The notes below the pieces were generated by a model, which ran no database searches, was not told the DNA's origin, and was given only the letters and a program-made list of their open reading frames with translations. A DNA stretch of 64,000 nucleotides from Trichosphaerium sp. ATCC 40318. Its lineage: Eukaryota > Protista > Tubulinea. Shown in pieces: positions 1 to 11,788 of the stretch. A program made the translations under genes and the position numbers. Location of the stretch: the NCBI GenBank assembly GCA_038496445.1, contig JALMLS010000216.1, positions 248,001 to 312,000 on the forward strand, read 5' to 3'. Position 1 is the first letter of the stretch. Each line of letters starts with the position of its first letter.

Positions 1-175
1 GGAGAAACAAGGTTTCGGGAATTATCTTGACACTCCTTCTTTGACGTCTGGTGCCTTATAAACACTTTTTTTTTTGCAAAACAGTGTGTCGGTTGTAGTC
101 AAGAAAATCAAAACCAAACTTTTGTTGAAAATAGACTAAAACGTTACCAATCGCTTATCGAAACAACACGGAGGC

Positions 176-3063
176 ATGGCATCTTTTGCCTCCGCATTAC
201 TTGATGCTGTAACACCAAGCAGCTTTAAAATCGACCAAGGAAACCCTCCAGATGATGGAGTACAACAACAGTCTAGAAAACGAGCAGAAGGAGACGCGCA
301 AATGAGTCCTAGAAGATCAAGCTCCTTCGTTAACCCAAGTGGTGTCAATAGTGTTAAAGAGCATAAAAAACACGCGAGAAGGCCTCACAGCGGCTCGTTA
401 CCGCCAAGTGTAAAAAATAGCTCAGGCAATCACCGTCGCGGTAACCATGAGCATAAGCACGCGAGTGGCGCTAGGCACAAGAAGAGTGGAAAAGAATTAT
501 CTGACGGAAAAGAAAAATCTGGCTACAGCAAGCAGAAGAAGCCGAAGAAAGAATTGACACCAGAGGAGAAAGAAAAAGAGCAACGCCTACGAGAAGCAAG
601 GCGCCTTTGTACGTTCCCAATTTGCACGCGTCATGCCTAGCGCGACACTGAAGCAAGAGTTTACAAAAATACTCTTTATGTTTTTCAAAAGTCGCTCAAA
701 CGAACGGAATAACTTTTTGTGGCGCGCCACTGCAGATGTTAGTAACGATTTATTTAACTAACTGATATTTGTAGTACGTCTGGAACAAGTAAAGCGAGAG
801 GAAGTCCGTATGGCTGAGCTATTTCGTCAATTAGAAGAAGCGTTTGTTAAAGCCGATGAGGTAAGACTTTGAGACTATATAACATGTCACCAACCTTTTT
901 TTGATGTAAAAGAACAAGACATCAAAAAAAAACGTGCAGAAATTGTTTTCGTTTGAGTAAAGAAAAATTATACTTGTTATCGTTTCACCGCGTAATATTA
1001 ACGTGTACGCCTTAGGATGGTGCTGTAGCAATTAAAAAAGAACTCGATATTCTCAGACAGAAACAACATAAGAGAGAGGAACGGCGTAAGCAAATGGAAC
1101 AAAGGAAAAAGAAAAAACCTGTTAAAAAAAAGAATGGTAAAAAAAAGGGTGCCGCACCAAGGCCAAAACCAACAACCGTACGTTCGTACAAATGGCTTCA
1201 TTATTAGCTGTTTTTTTTGTTTGTCCACAAATTTCTTTTTGCGTGACTGAGAATACTTAGGTTGACACAGAGGAGAGTATCTCAAAGAAACTCGAAGCTG
1301 CTGAGCAGGTGAGAATTTTTTTTCTTCAACTCATCGACTAATACAGGTATCTAGGTTCATTTTGATGTTTTGCATCCGCCTCGTGCCAAAAAATGTTGTT
1401 TGGTTCTTGACATTGATTACACTCTATTTGATCACCGCTGGCAACAAGCATTAAAATCAGAGTATAAGCGTGAACGTCACATGATTATTGAGTTTAAACG
1501 TCCGTACTTGCACGAATTTTTGGTACGTTTATATTTGCGTAGTACTCACTTGAAACTATTCAGATTAGTCTCTTTCTTGTCTAATATATTATAGACGACG
1601 TGCCACGAATTTTACGATTTGATCATATGGTCGGCAACGTCTATGGTTGCTATTCAATCTAAAATTACTAATCTCAAGATTTTGGATTCAAAAACTTATC
1701 ATATTCAATTTGGTATGTATAACAATTGTTTGTTTATTTTTTTGGCGCTTGTTCGAGTATTTTTAAAGGTGATTTTCTATTTTAGTTCTGTCTAAAGAAC
1801 ACATGTTTTACATAAACAAAAGAAGAAATCCAAAAACTATTGTTGGTGAGACAGTGAAGCCTCTAGATGTCATTTGGTCCAAATTTCCTGAATTTTATGG
1901 AAAGCACAATACTATTCACGTACGACTTCATGCTTTAGATAATGAATTGTGTGTCTAAATTGTTCTGCAGATTGACGACTTGGGTTCGAACTTTCAACTA
2001 AATCCGAATAATGTATGTTGACTGTTCAACGCCTTGTTTATTTTTGGTTATTAATTGATTACTAGGGTTTGCAAATTCAACCATTTAAAGAGGCTTTAAA
2101 GAACAGAAATGATGATAAAGAATTGTTTTATCTCACAAAGTATTTATTGATGATTGCGAAGGATGAGCCCGATTTTTCTGCATTAAACCATTACGTACGC
2201 TGCTACACATTGTCGTTTTGATGATTTTTTTAAACTCTTTTTTTTTTGAATTGTTGAAGTGTTACAAAAAAGTTTTACCCAAAAATGTGCTTATTTTGAG
2301 TTTTAGCATTGGAAAGAATACGTCATTGATAAATTATGGCAAAAATCTGGTGAAGAATATGGATCTATTCCACAAAAGCCTTCATCTGAAGTTCCATTAA
2401 CACCAATGTTATCAATGATGAGGCCTACAATGATTAAGGCAATACAACAAAAAGAAAAGAGGAATGAGAAACCTCATGCTTATATTAAGCCACCTCCTAT
2501 TGAAGTTATTGGTGCACCAGCCGATCCAGTACAAGGCGGAGCTGCTGTCCCAACAGAAGCGACTGAAGACGTAAATGGAGAAGACAAGAATGTCGCTACC
2601 CCACCAGCAACTGAAGACACAGAAATAATTGCTGGAGGAGAGGATGCTTCTACACCAGCGCCTGAAGAAGCACAGAAAAGTAACCCGTTCTTGGACTACG
2701 ATAGAATGGACACTAAGGTAGTTACAGGTGATATTACTCTCAACCTCAGCCCTGTACGTCATCTGTGATAAACTTGATTTCTGACGTTTTCCTCCATAGG
2801 ATCATCAAGATATTGATTTAGGTCTAGATTTAAACCTTAGCGCCAGTCCTACAGAGGATGCAACTGACGTGAGTGATGGTGATGCGATGGTAGAAACAAT
2901 TTTTAAAGAACACACGCCTGTTGAGGATATCGTCTTGACACCTCGAAGTGATGGTAATTATGCAACGTCCACAGACGAAGATGATGCTTCAGTGCTACCT
3001 ATAGAACCTACAACAAGTACAGAGAAGCCGTTAATAGACTTCGGCTTAGAAACGCCTCAGTAA
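176..3063 (+). CDS. UBLCP1-like HAD/FCP-family phosphatase, multi-exon, with Lys-rich/coiled-coil N-terminus and acidic low-complexity C-terminus
   Basis: Spliced reading gives LVLDIDYTLFDHR (DxDxT), KRPYLHEFL, YDLIIWSATSM, VKPLDVIWSKFPEFY, NTIH|IDDLGSNFQLNPNN|GLQIQPFK and DKELFYLTKYL, all characteristic of the UBLCP1 phosphatase domain. GT-AG introns include 609-774, 861-1015 and 1178-1260. Stop TAA at 3061-3063. Confidence 0.85.
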
Positions 3064-3449
3064 GCAAAATGCTTTAACGTTGATTGTTGGCGCCTTGTTT
3101 TTGTATTGTGTTTGTCACCATTTTGTAAAAAAGGAGTAAAAGTAGTAGCTTGTACATCAAAATATTTCTGACGTGTTTTGTTACTTATGCAAATTGGGAC
3201 AATGCAAGACCTCTGAACTTAATCAGTAAAGATTTAAGGTTCTGGGAAAACAGTTGACTGTAAGTATTGTGCTCTTATCTGAACCCAGAAATAATACCCT
3301 ACGCATCTTGTGCTTCTTTGATGACGTCTGAGTACGTTTTTGTTAATAAATGTATTTGGTTGTGTGGAGCTGTTTAAACGTTAAAAATCAGTCTCTGAAA
3401 TACTCTTTTTTGTGTTGTGGAGCAATGATTAGACTTACAGTACTTACAG

Positions 3450-5056
3450 ATCCGTTGAATTTCCTATTTATTGTACTGCTTGTGACAAACGCGGCTGTAT
3501 TTCTGCTGAAGACACGCCAACAACTGTGAAGGTTGCTCCAACGACAAAAATTGGAGAAATACACAAACTCTACCAAGACAAAGACTGGCCAGGTGCTGTG
3601 CGTATATGGATGAAAATACAGGTACGTTTACGTTATTTATACGCAATGGCGGGTTACAATATTTACAAACACTGTTTGTTCCTATTGGCAACACAATTTA
3701 AACTCATATCAGTCCTTTAACGGCCATTTCTGATTTTTTTTTGTACAGAAGGGTGAAAGCGGTCATAAATACAATGTAATGGGTTACGCGCTTACAAACA
3801 GCGACCTAACAATCGAAGAAGCAAAGATAACAAAAGATAGGACTCTTGTTATCGGTAAACACCTAAACAAACTGACATTTGACGCGTTTAAAGTGTTTTT
3901 CGCCTTCACACTGCATTACGTGAATAACACCAAGCGTGCCATCCAAAAAAAAAAAACTTTCATTTTTGAGCTTCAATTGAGCTTTTTGCTTTTTCTCTCC
4001 ACTTTGCTGAGATACACTTATTGCCAACAACAAAACCAAAGCTATTTAAGTGCAATACAGATAACAAGCAAAAAGCTTTTATTTAAATCGTAATTGTTTC
4101 AGTGAGCGTTACCTACATTTCGAATTAAACCTTCTGTAGAGCATTCAGTTGATGGTAAAAATTGGCCTATGGACTTGGCAGCTATATTCCATCATCGCCT
4201 AGTACGTACTACGCCAAAAGTTTGTGGATTGATTTTCGTGCTTATCTCGTTTAGTCCGCTGCTGTACGGGCCGTCAATAAGCCTTTGCCTCCAGATACAG
4301 TTGATTTGGGCACAGTTGCGACCACAGATGCAGATGATAGTAGCGACGATTCGTCAGATGATGCGGAAGAACGCTTCCGTGCAATGCGTGATAGACAACG
4401 TCGTGCTGATGAGTTTGGTGGCATGCACGGCATGCACGGTATGGGCATGAGTGGTATGGGGCGTATGGGTGGTATGGGCGGTATGCACGGTATGCGTGGC
4501 ATGCACGGCATGGGTGGTCGCATGGGGCGAATGGGCGGCATGAGTGGCATGGGTGGAAGAATGGGAGGAGGTATGATGGGTGGAAGCATGCGTGGTATGG
4601 GTGGTATGGGCGAAATGATGGAGAGGATGCGTGGTGCTCAGACAGTAGATCCAATCGAAGAAGCGCGAAGGAAACGAGAGGAGGAAGAGGCAAAGAGGAT
4701 TAAAGAAGAGAGAGAAGCAAAAGAACGTGAAGAACGATTAAACAAAGAACAAGAAGAAATGAAAAAATTTTACGAAGCGAGCTTAAAACGGTCAACAGAG
4801 ATTGCAGTTAATCCTGAAACACTTGCTGATGAAGTAAATGATATGTATCTTGATGAGGTACATATTTGATTTCAAAAAAATCAACAAAGCTTGACGTGAA
4901 GGAGTCGTTTTTAACTTCTTTTTGTTGAAATAGGATGATTTTTATGACGAGGAAGAATTTGATTTTGACCTTGATGGTGATGATGACGCTGAATATGATG
5001 ACGGTCAAAGTGATGAAGAAGGTGATGATTATGTACCAGATTATTACGATGATTAA
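3450..5056 (+). CDS. Hypothetical protein: ubiquitin-like segment, Gly/Met-rich repeat, coiled coil and Asp/Glu-rich tail (5' end uncertain)
   Basis: Exons read ...CTACDKRGC...VKVAPTTKIGEIHK...LTIEEAKITKDRTLVI|EHSVDGKNWP (resembles the USP4/15-type UBL end), then ORF 4285-4855 and a last exon ending DYYDD-TAA at 5056. A TGTAAAT-TAAATAAA signal follows at about 5072. Confidence 0.6.
4417..4620 (+). repeat. Coding Gly/Met-rich low-complexity repeat (GM, GMH, GRM units)
   Basis: Imperfect ggcatg/ggtatg repeats encoding GGMHGMHGMGMSGMGRMGGM... Confidence 0.8.
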
Positions 5057-5540
5057 ATACTAGCCATGATTTGTAAATTAAATAAAAAAATACTTGTAAA
5101 AAAATTGATAAGTACAAACAACTGAACAAAAAGATTAGAACCATTTCGGATATAGAAGCACTGGCTATCACCTCTGAAGTGAGATTTGTTTCTCAGGACG
5201 AGGAGCTTTAAGATGTTCTACAAAAGCTAAGTTACTTTCTCTCCACGTTCTAGAGCTCAAGTTTTAATAAAATGCTAAGGTGATGGTAGTAACAATCATC
5301 CGTCAGCAACAATTATTGACTACAAAAGACTTGGTATCTTATGTTAATTTAAGTTGGATTGTTCTACTTGCGGGATTCCTTGATTGAGAACAATCAATAC
5401 ATGGATATTAATATTAAGGAGAAAATAGGAATAGTTTAAGTTTAACTGGAGCTTAGTTCAGTTAAACAGCAACGCAATATTTCAAATAAACAAAGCTAAT
5501 TCAATCAAAATACCACAGACATAAAACTACAACAAGCACA

Positions 5541-6140
5541 ATGGGAGTGTCATTCAGTATGCTTCAAGAAATATTTGGCTATCCCCAGAAACATCGCGTA
5601 ATAATGGTAGGATTGGATAATGCAGGTATTACTATGCGTATTTAGCGTATATTGACAGTGTAATTCGAGTAAGGCAAGACAACGCTTCTTCACAAGCTAC
5701 GCATTGGTCAAATGACAACTACAACACCAGCGCTAGGTTTTAACATAGAAATAGCAACAAACAGATATGTAACGCTTAGCGCCTTTGATCTAGGAGGCAA
5801 AGGATACGATCTAAGACGTCTATGGCAGAATGAGTTAGATAAAGGAGCAAGCGGTGTTATTTTTGTTATTGACAGCAACGACAGAGATCGTCTTTGTGAA
5901 GCACAACAAGAACTAGCTGGAGTACTTACTGTGGATGCATTAAAAGAATCATACATTCTAATTCTGGCGAATAAACAAGATTTACCAAATGCAATTACAC
6001 CTTCTGAACTGACTGAAAAGCTGGGCTTGGAAACATCTTTGAGTGATAGAAAATGGCACATTGAAGGTAGTTGTGCAGCAAATGGTAAGGGATTGTATGA
6101 AGGTATTGATTGGTTGGCAATGTTGTTAGATAACAAGTAA
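5541..6140 (+). CDS. Divergent Arf/Arl small GTPase (1 intron, 5626-5673)
   Basis: MG start, GLDNAG|KTT P-loop, PALGFNIE, FDLGGK, FVIDSND, ANKQD, GSCA, GLYEGIDWL. Confidence 0.92.
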
Positions 6141-6699
6141 AATAATTAATACTGCTTGTTTTTAAAAACTAGTTACTTTTTCTTCGAAGAAAAATAAATC
6201 AGAAGTGAAGCCTTGGGCAAAGATAGATTTTTGAAGACAACAATTCACTACACTTATATAAAATCGTATTCTTCAGTTCTTTCTTTCATGTAAGGGTCGT
6301 CGTACAGTAGCAGAATTAAGCTTCAGATTTAGAAAATCTGAGGGTTCTTAAAGGAAAAGAATTGAACCCTTTAGAACATAGAGTTATACTCTTTCCATTC
6401 AAAGAATCCTTTTGAAGTGAAAATACTGTGTTTGGTATGTCATCTGTATCATCAAAACAAGGTTCAATAGAGTCATCACCCTATTCTTCATTTGGCTCAA
6501 AAGGAGCATCGCCAACAATGCAGAAAACTGCGTTGCACTTGTTGTTCACTACAACCGAATGATTGGTGCAAGCAGGAGCTTTTTGTTGTACCCTCACATC
6601 AAAGTTCAAGGAATATCTAAACAAGTACGAGATAATACGAACAATAGTTAAATACACTTGCACATGGCTTTGTAGCCGTTATGTGAATACTCAACCAAA

Positions 6700-6935
6700 A
6701 AACAGTTATGTATTCTCTTGAGGTGCTTTTTGCTTCAAAATCACGTGTACATCTGAAATATGCTTCAATTTTAACCTGTTGTAACCAAGGACATTGTGAA
6801 CAATATCTTTCATTAGTTGGCAGGTACTGACAATGGTGAAACCAGGCCTGCTGATAATGAACGCACTATTATAACTACCAATTCCACTGGTAAGCGTACA
6901 AGACCCGAAGGCGAACTCTCAGTACGACTATTGGG
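6700..6935 (-). pseudogene. Decayed F-box gene of the same family as the F-box-LRR genes at 11.8 kb and 52.2 kb
   Basis: Reads LVRLPVELVVIIVRSL [frameshift] FTIVSTCQLMKDIVHNVLGYNRL, versus LVALPVEIIVHILK...AQTCHFLQNIVHNHVGYGRI in the 53257 gene. An upstream in-frame TAA and an early downstream stop are present. Confidence 0.7.
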
Positions 6936-9569
6936 ACATTAGTTTCATTTCAACAAATTTAGCTCCAATAGCCCAAAAGCTCGTCTAAGGAGAGGTTTAC
7001 GCGTAGTAATAAGAAATGGCCATAAAACCGTTTTAAAATTATTTGTACCTATTCTTTTCGCTCACAGTATTTTAACTTGTACCAGAACAATCTAGTACGT
7101 TGCTCAAGTGGAAAGCGTTATCTTTGAAACTTATACGTTTAAGTCATGCAGAGAAATAGTTTCAACGATTTTTTTAACAGAATGCTAAAGTCAAAATTTT
7201 ACTGTGCTTGTTTTGCTTCTAAAATCAAGGCACGTGTATGACTTACTAGCGCTACGCTTGCGCCTACCCCACGCTAAGAAAAGCGCTCTCGCAGCACCCA
7301 AACAGCAAATCAGGCGTAATAACGTTAAACCTCCCCAAAAATACTACCAAGTTGCTGTAGGATTGTAAACACCGCCGGATCCGTCAAATATGTAAATAAA
7401 AATAATAACTATTGTAAATTAAATCACGTGATTTTGAAACGGTTGGATTTGCTAGACAGTTGAGGGTACATCATAAAATGTGAGATTTGTAAAGATCGGA
7501 CAGAATTGGCAGATCCGTACGCAAGATCTGATAGATCGTACAGAAACTGGAATTTTTTTGTTAAAAGTCAGTCTGGCTAAATACTTGAATGAGGCAGACA
7601 ATATATACGAGGCCTTCAGCTTCTACTAGCTATTGAGAAACTATCAATCGCAAGTAGAAGATTTGACCTCGTCAAAATGCATCAGGATGTTCACGTGCTA
7701 TTTGCCTAAAAGAAGGAGAATTTACAAATGCAGTAGCGAGGCTAACTGGTCTCGTTAAAGAGGACAACGAGTTTTTTAATTCCTTGCGTGATGTTTTATT
7801 TCTCTGCCTAAAAAAGGTTCTAGCCTAGAACGACGCATGGTGGCACATGCTCAGCATGAATAGGGTACAGTTAACACCAAACGAAGCCCTTAAAAACTTT
7901 TGATGGTGACAACCAACAAAAAGGGAAAACTAAGTACGTATTTGTACTGAATGAAGTACACTAAGAGATTTATTGACACTACAATGCTTCATCAATAACT
8001 ACGAATGAGACCTTTTTGTTACAGATTTTGGTTTCAATTTTGGTCTTCCAACACCAAAACTGTTCTCCCTCTTCGTCAACAGGGTTGTCAATAAGACTAA
8101 GGCTCATGCTTGGAAGACAAACAAATAACCTCATCGCAGCCAATTCTTTATGGTTGCGTTGCTATTTAGAGTTGTAGTAGCCAATACGAGCCATGTGAGT
8201 AAGATCACATCCTTTTGGGGTTCCTAAAAATGGACATAAGCTTAAAAAAAAGGAAACTCTCTAAAAAACCTCACCTGCTGTGTGGAATGGTTCTGTTGTT
8301 GATTTGGGCTTATGCCAAGTTAACATCCTTTTCAATGCCTGTGATTTTTGGCCTTCTCCTTCTCTGTTCGTTACCTTGGCGCCTTTTACTGAGAACACGT
8401 GGATTCGTGTAGATACAGATAAGAGTTTAGTGTTGGGAACTGCAGCACTTGTGGCGTGACGTGTTTTTTTTTTTTGCTTTTGATAAACGATCACATGTAC
8501 ACAACGCGTTTATGTTTGTCGTCTCTGAGTTTTATTTACCTCTGGGCTCCTTTTTTAAAATACTGCGTAACAGATTCACACGGAGGTTTTTCATTGGTAA
8601 GCATCATAGTAAAACTTGAAGTACTACATAAGGGCTACGAGTTGAGAGCGGAATTGCTAAAAACCGAACAAATAGACCCGAAAGTTGTTACGATTTTTCG
8701 ATCCTAGAAAGAGAAGGAGAAGCTTGTAAAACACCACAGAGCATATAATATTTCTGTGGAGTTTCCACAAAATGGCTTGGCCAAAGGACACATATGTGTG
8801 ATCTGGTTTAGTGTAGTAATTTTTTTTTGGTTTTTGAAAAACTTTTTTATTAAATCCGCGTTCTGCTTGGTTAGACTCCTGGTACAACATGCTATGTATT
8901 TGACGAGAAATTATTAAACGCCCACTCAAATAACGGTTTTTTTTTCCATAAACAAAATCTCCTATAATCAGTTTGTACAAGTCTTTGGCAAAGATTTGCG
9001 GAGTTTGCAAAGACCATTTTTTTTGACAACGGCCCAGATAGATATATTGGAACGAAAAACTTCCATGTGGAAAGCTTGAAAAGTTTGGTAAACATATTCG
9101 GATGCTAGTGTAGCTACACATTACCTCAAAAGAAGAATGTTACTACAATAATCTCAAAGATAAATCTAAAAAAAGAAACTTTTAGTTGCCAAGTGACAAG
9201 ACCCATTGCTAAAACTGTCAAGTATTTTTCAAGTTTTGAACGGAACTACCTATTTACCTTGGTGCTTTACGCATTGGTGGTAATGACGGCTCGAAGAACT
9301 ATAACAAACAATAGTAGACTGATTTAATCTGGCTTCAGAACTTATTGTTTCCATTTATTCAATGCCTCCACAGGTAATATCACAATAATAGAGGTTATGG
9401 AGGATTGATAATTTCTAATGTATCACATGGTGGCCTCATTTTTTGTATTAAGTGAATCACCAACCGCAACTCCCTTTGCTTCTACGGTCCTGTAATTCCT
9501 TGTTGTAGAGTCTGTCAACAATCTATCAAACGCCAATACACTATTGTAACCAGCTCTTGAAATACCTTT

Positions 9570-9830
9570 ACATTACTCTACATAGCCTATTGCCAGTGTG
9601 GTATACTTCCTGAAAGGTACCATCAGGTTTACATCTTCGCTGGGAGATCTTGCGGCCATGTACATAGTCCGCAATCTCTTTTAAATTTTGATCCTTGTCA
9701 TAGCTTTTATGGTGTCCATGTTAGCAATTCTTGTTATAAGCTTCATAACGCAAAACACCATTAGACCCATCTCTTTTCTACAATAGTTTCTGGGCTATTC
9801 AAATCAACTCTGTCTGAATCAATAAACTAG
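9570..9830 (-). pseudogene. Decayed MORN-variant (YwqK-like) repeat gene
   Basis: Reads VEKRW[frameshift]SNGVLRYEAYNKNC*HGHHKSYDKDQNLKEIADYVHGRK with TAA at 9721-9723. This is the same repeat grammar as the intact gene at 35152-35913. Confidence 0.55.
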
Positions 9831-9848
9831 CAAAGTAAACAAAAGTTG

Positions 9849-10009
9849 TATTGTTCGTTTCAGTCAAGTTAGTCAACTAGTTATTTCGCCAGATATTTTT
9901 CGCTCTGGAAGCACTTTATTTGTGTTGTGGTATACACTGGATGGAGCACTTTTTACGAGAAATAAATGACGAAATAACTAGTTGACTAACTTGACTGAAA
10001 CGGACAATA
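9849..10009. repeat. Long inverted repeat / fold-back element (MITE-like or pre-miRNA-like hairpin)
   Basis: Arms 9849-9888 and 9970-10009 are reverse complements at 39/40 nt. The stem extends imperfectly inward (tatttttcg / cgagaaata), and TA lies at both outer ends. Confidence 0.9.
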
Positions 10010-10139
10010 GAAAAGCAATTCAGCGAAACAGTAAGTTGTCATCCTTACAATAAGGATCAAGAATGGGTTAGGGACAAAATAAGTATCACAAACACCCTGA
10101 AAATGGTTAGGAAATATTACTGCGCGGTTTAAGCGATCG

Positions 10140-11480
10140 TACATCGATAAACTCCCAGATGATGTTTTATACGACATGGCACAATTCATGACGCCAAAAG
10201 AAGTCCTTAAAAGCGGTATTTGGTATTTGTACAGCTTTTTTTGTCTAAAACGCCTTAGAAATGATTAATACAGCGTTTAAGAGTATTTTCGGATCTACAT
10301 ATTGCTTGCGGAAGTACTGCTTGCCCCAAGCCGCTTCAGCTCTTCCACAAGACTCACCACCGAAAGTGCTAAAAATGGTACTGAAAAAAAACAACAAAAC
10401 GTGCGTGTCCTTGCATACTTACAGCTCCAAAAGCTTGTAGCCAGCTTGAAAGTAAACACATGTGATGTTCCCAAAATAGTCTTGTTTGATACAGCAAAAG
10501 ATAGAATGAATATAAAACACGTGTTTGATCACGTGTTTGAAGAAAAAGAAGAAGGACCAAAAAAAATGTGGGTAAGAAAGAAGAATTGTGTGATACTTGC
10601 GAGTAACCTCTTTACCATTTTTCTTATTAGTCCATCTACAATGCTGTGATTGAAGTCGATGGTAAGCAATCTCTTATTCAGATATGGGATATGGACACAC
10701 GTGAGGTTTACTCCCAACGGTACCACTATAATGGTTATGGTTTTTGTTTTGCTAACACTTGTGCTAAGCGTCAAAGAGCGTGTTTTTGGAGATGCTGCGA
10801 TTGTGGTGGGTTTAGAGCCTTATTACGTAACAGAGTTTAGAGAAGAGTTTGAGACAATATTACTTGGCTACAAACCGAGCACCGAGGGAATGAAAATCTT
10901 GAGGAAAACCCTTCCAACTCGACAGATATACACTAGCTATGACAGTACTGTTGATGCAACATGTGTTAACTATGGCCAAGAAAAAATGACAGAGATTGAG
11001 AAAAAAAAGGAGATTTCTTTTAAAGAAGTACGTATTTCATTGTTATACTGGAACACTCAAAACCCTCCCTCTACATCATGTATTTGATTCGTAGTACGAT
11101 AATTAAGTTCTGATTCCATCCAACCATTCGGGATAAAAAAGGAAAAAAAGATGATTTGTTTTATTGATGTATTTGTAAGGTTTTAGAAATAACTCTGAGG
11201 TGGTATCTCAAGCAACAATATTCTGCCAAGATTTCCTTCAAATACGCAATGCGTATGGGATGGCTAGATGAGGAACACGTAGACAACCATATGCACACAA
11301 ATGGAAAATTAATTGTACATATTGGGTTTTTTTTAATCAAGTTTTTAACAATTGTTCTAGGCACATAATATGCCATGGGAACTTTCTAAATATATAGTGG
11401 TTTGGAGGTTAGTATCTATATATTTTAAATGTGTACCTAACCATTCCAGGGCTCCCTGTAACACTTGTGGTATGGGTTAG
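10140..11480 (+). CDS. F-box-like protein with a degenerate Ras/Rab-like segment, multi-exon, possibly frameshifted or pseudogenised
   Basis: YIDKLPDDVLYDMAQFMTPKEVL (F-box-like) at about 10140 and VIEVDGKQSLIQIWDMDTRE (cf. IEVDGKxIKLQIWDTAGQE) at about 10645. GT-AG introns are present, but the frames do not join cleanly across homopolymer runs. Confidence 0.4.
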
Positions 11481-11788
11481 AAAATATTCCACATCAACAA
11501 TACTAGAAAAAAGTTACCTTGATATTCGAGGAAATAGAACCTGTTAGGTTCCTAATGTATCAATGCAATAAATTCACTCATTTTTTATGCATGCCACTTG
11601 TAAATTCACAAAAACGAAAGAAGATTTTGTTGAAACAAACTTTATGGGTCTCATTTCCAAGCGCTATCAAAATTGAGGAGTATTTACTAATATACTATCA
11701 AATCTGACAAGGTTTCAGCCGATGCCCTCATTGTGGAGGGATAAGAATGGAAACAGAAGGATACTTCGACTTTCTTTTTATTTGAGTG

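Noticed and set aside
4251-4693. Minus-strand Pro/Met- and His-rich ORFs
   Set aside because: Antisense shadows of the Gly/Met repeat on the plus strand.
5708-6136. 142-aa minus ORF, and similar antisense ORFs at 35419-35766, 11943-12194 and 63374-63736
   Set aside because: They overlap well-supported genes on the opposite strand.
6200-10000. Stop-codon reassignment suggested by in-frame TAA/TAG/TGA in protein-like frames
   Set aside because: Conserved genes end at TAA and TGA (Arf, Rab, thiolase, NDR, USP) or TAG (NUDT1, RTK) and show no internal stops. The interrupted frames also carry frameshifts, so they are decayed sequences.
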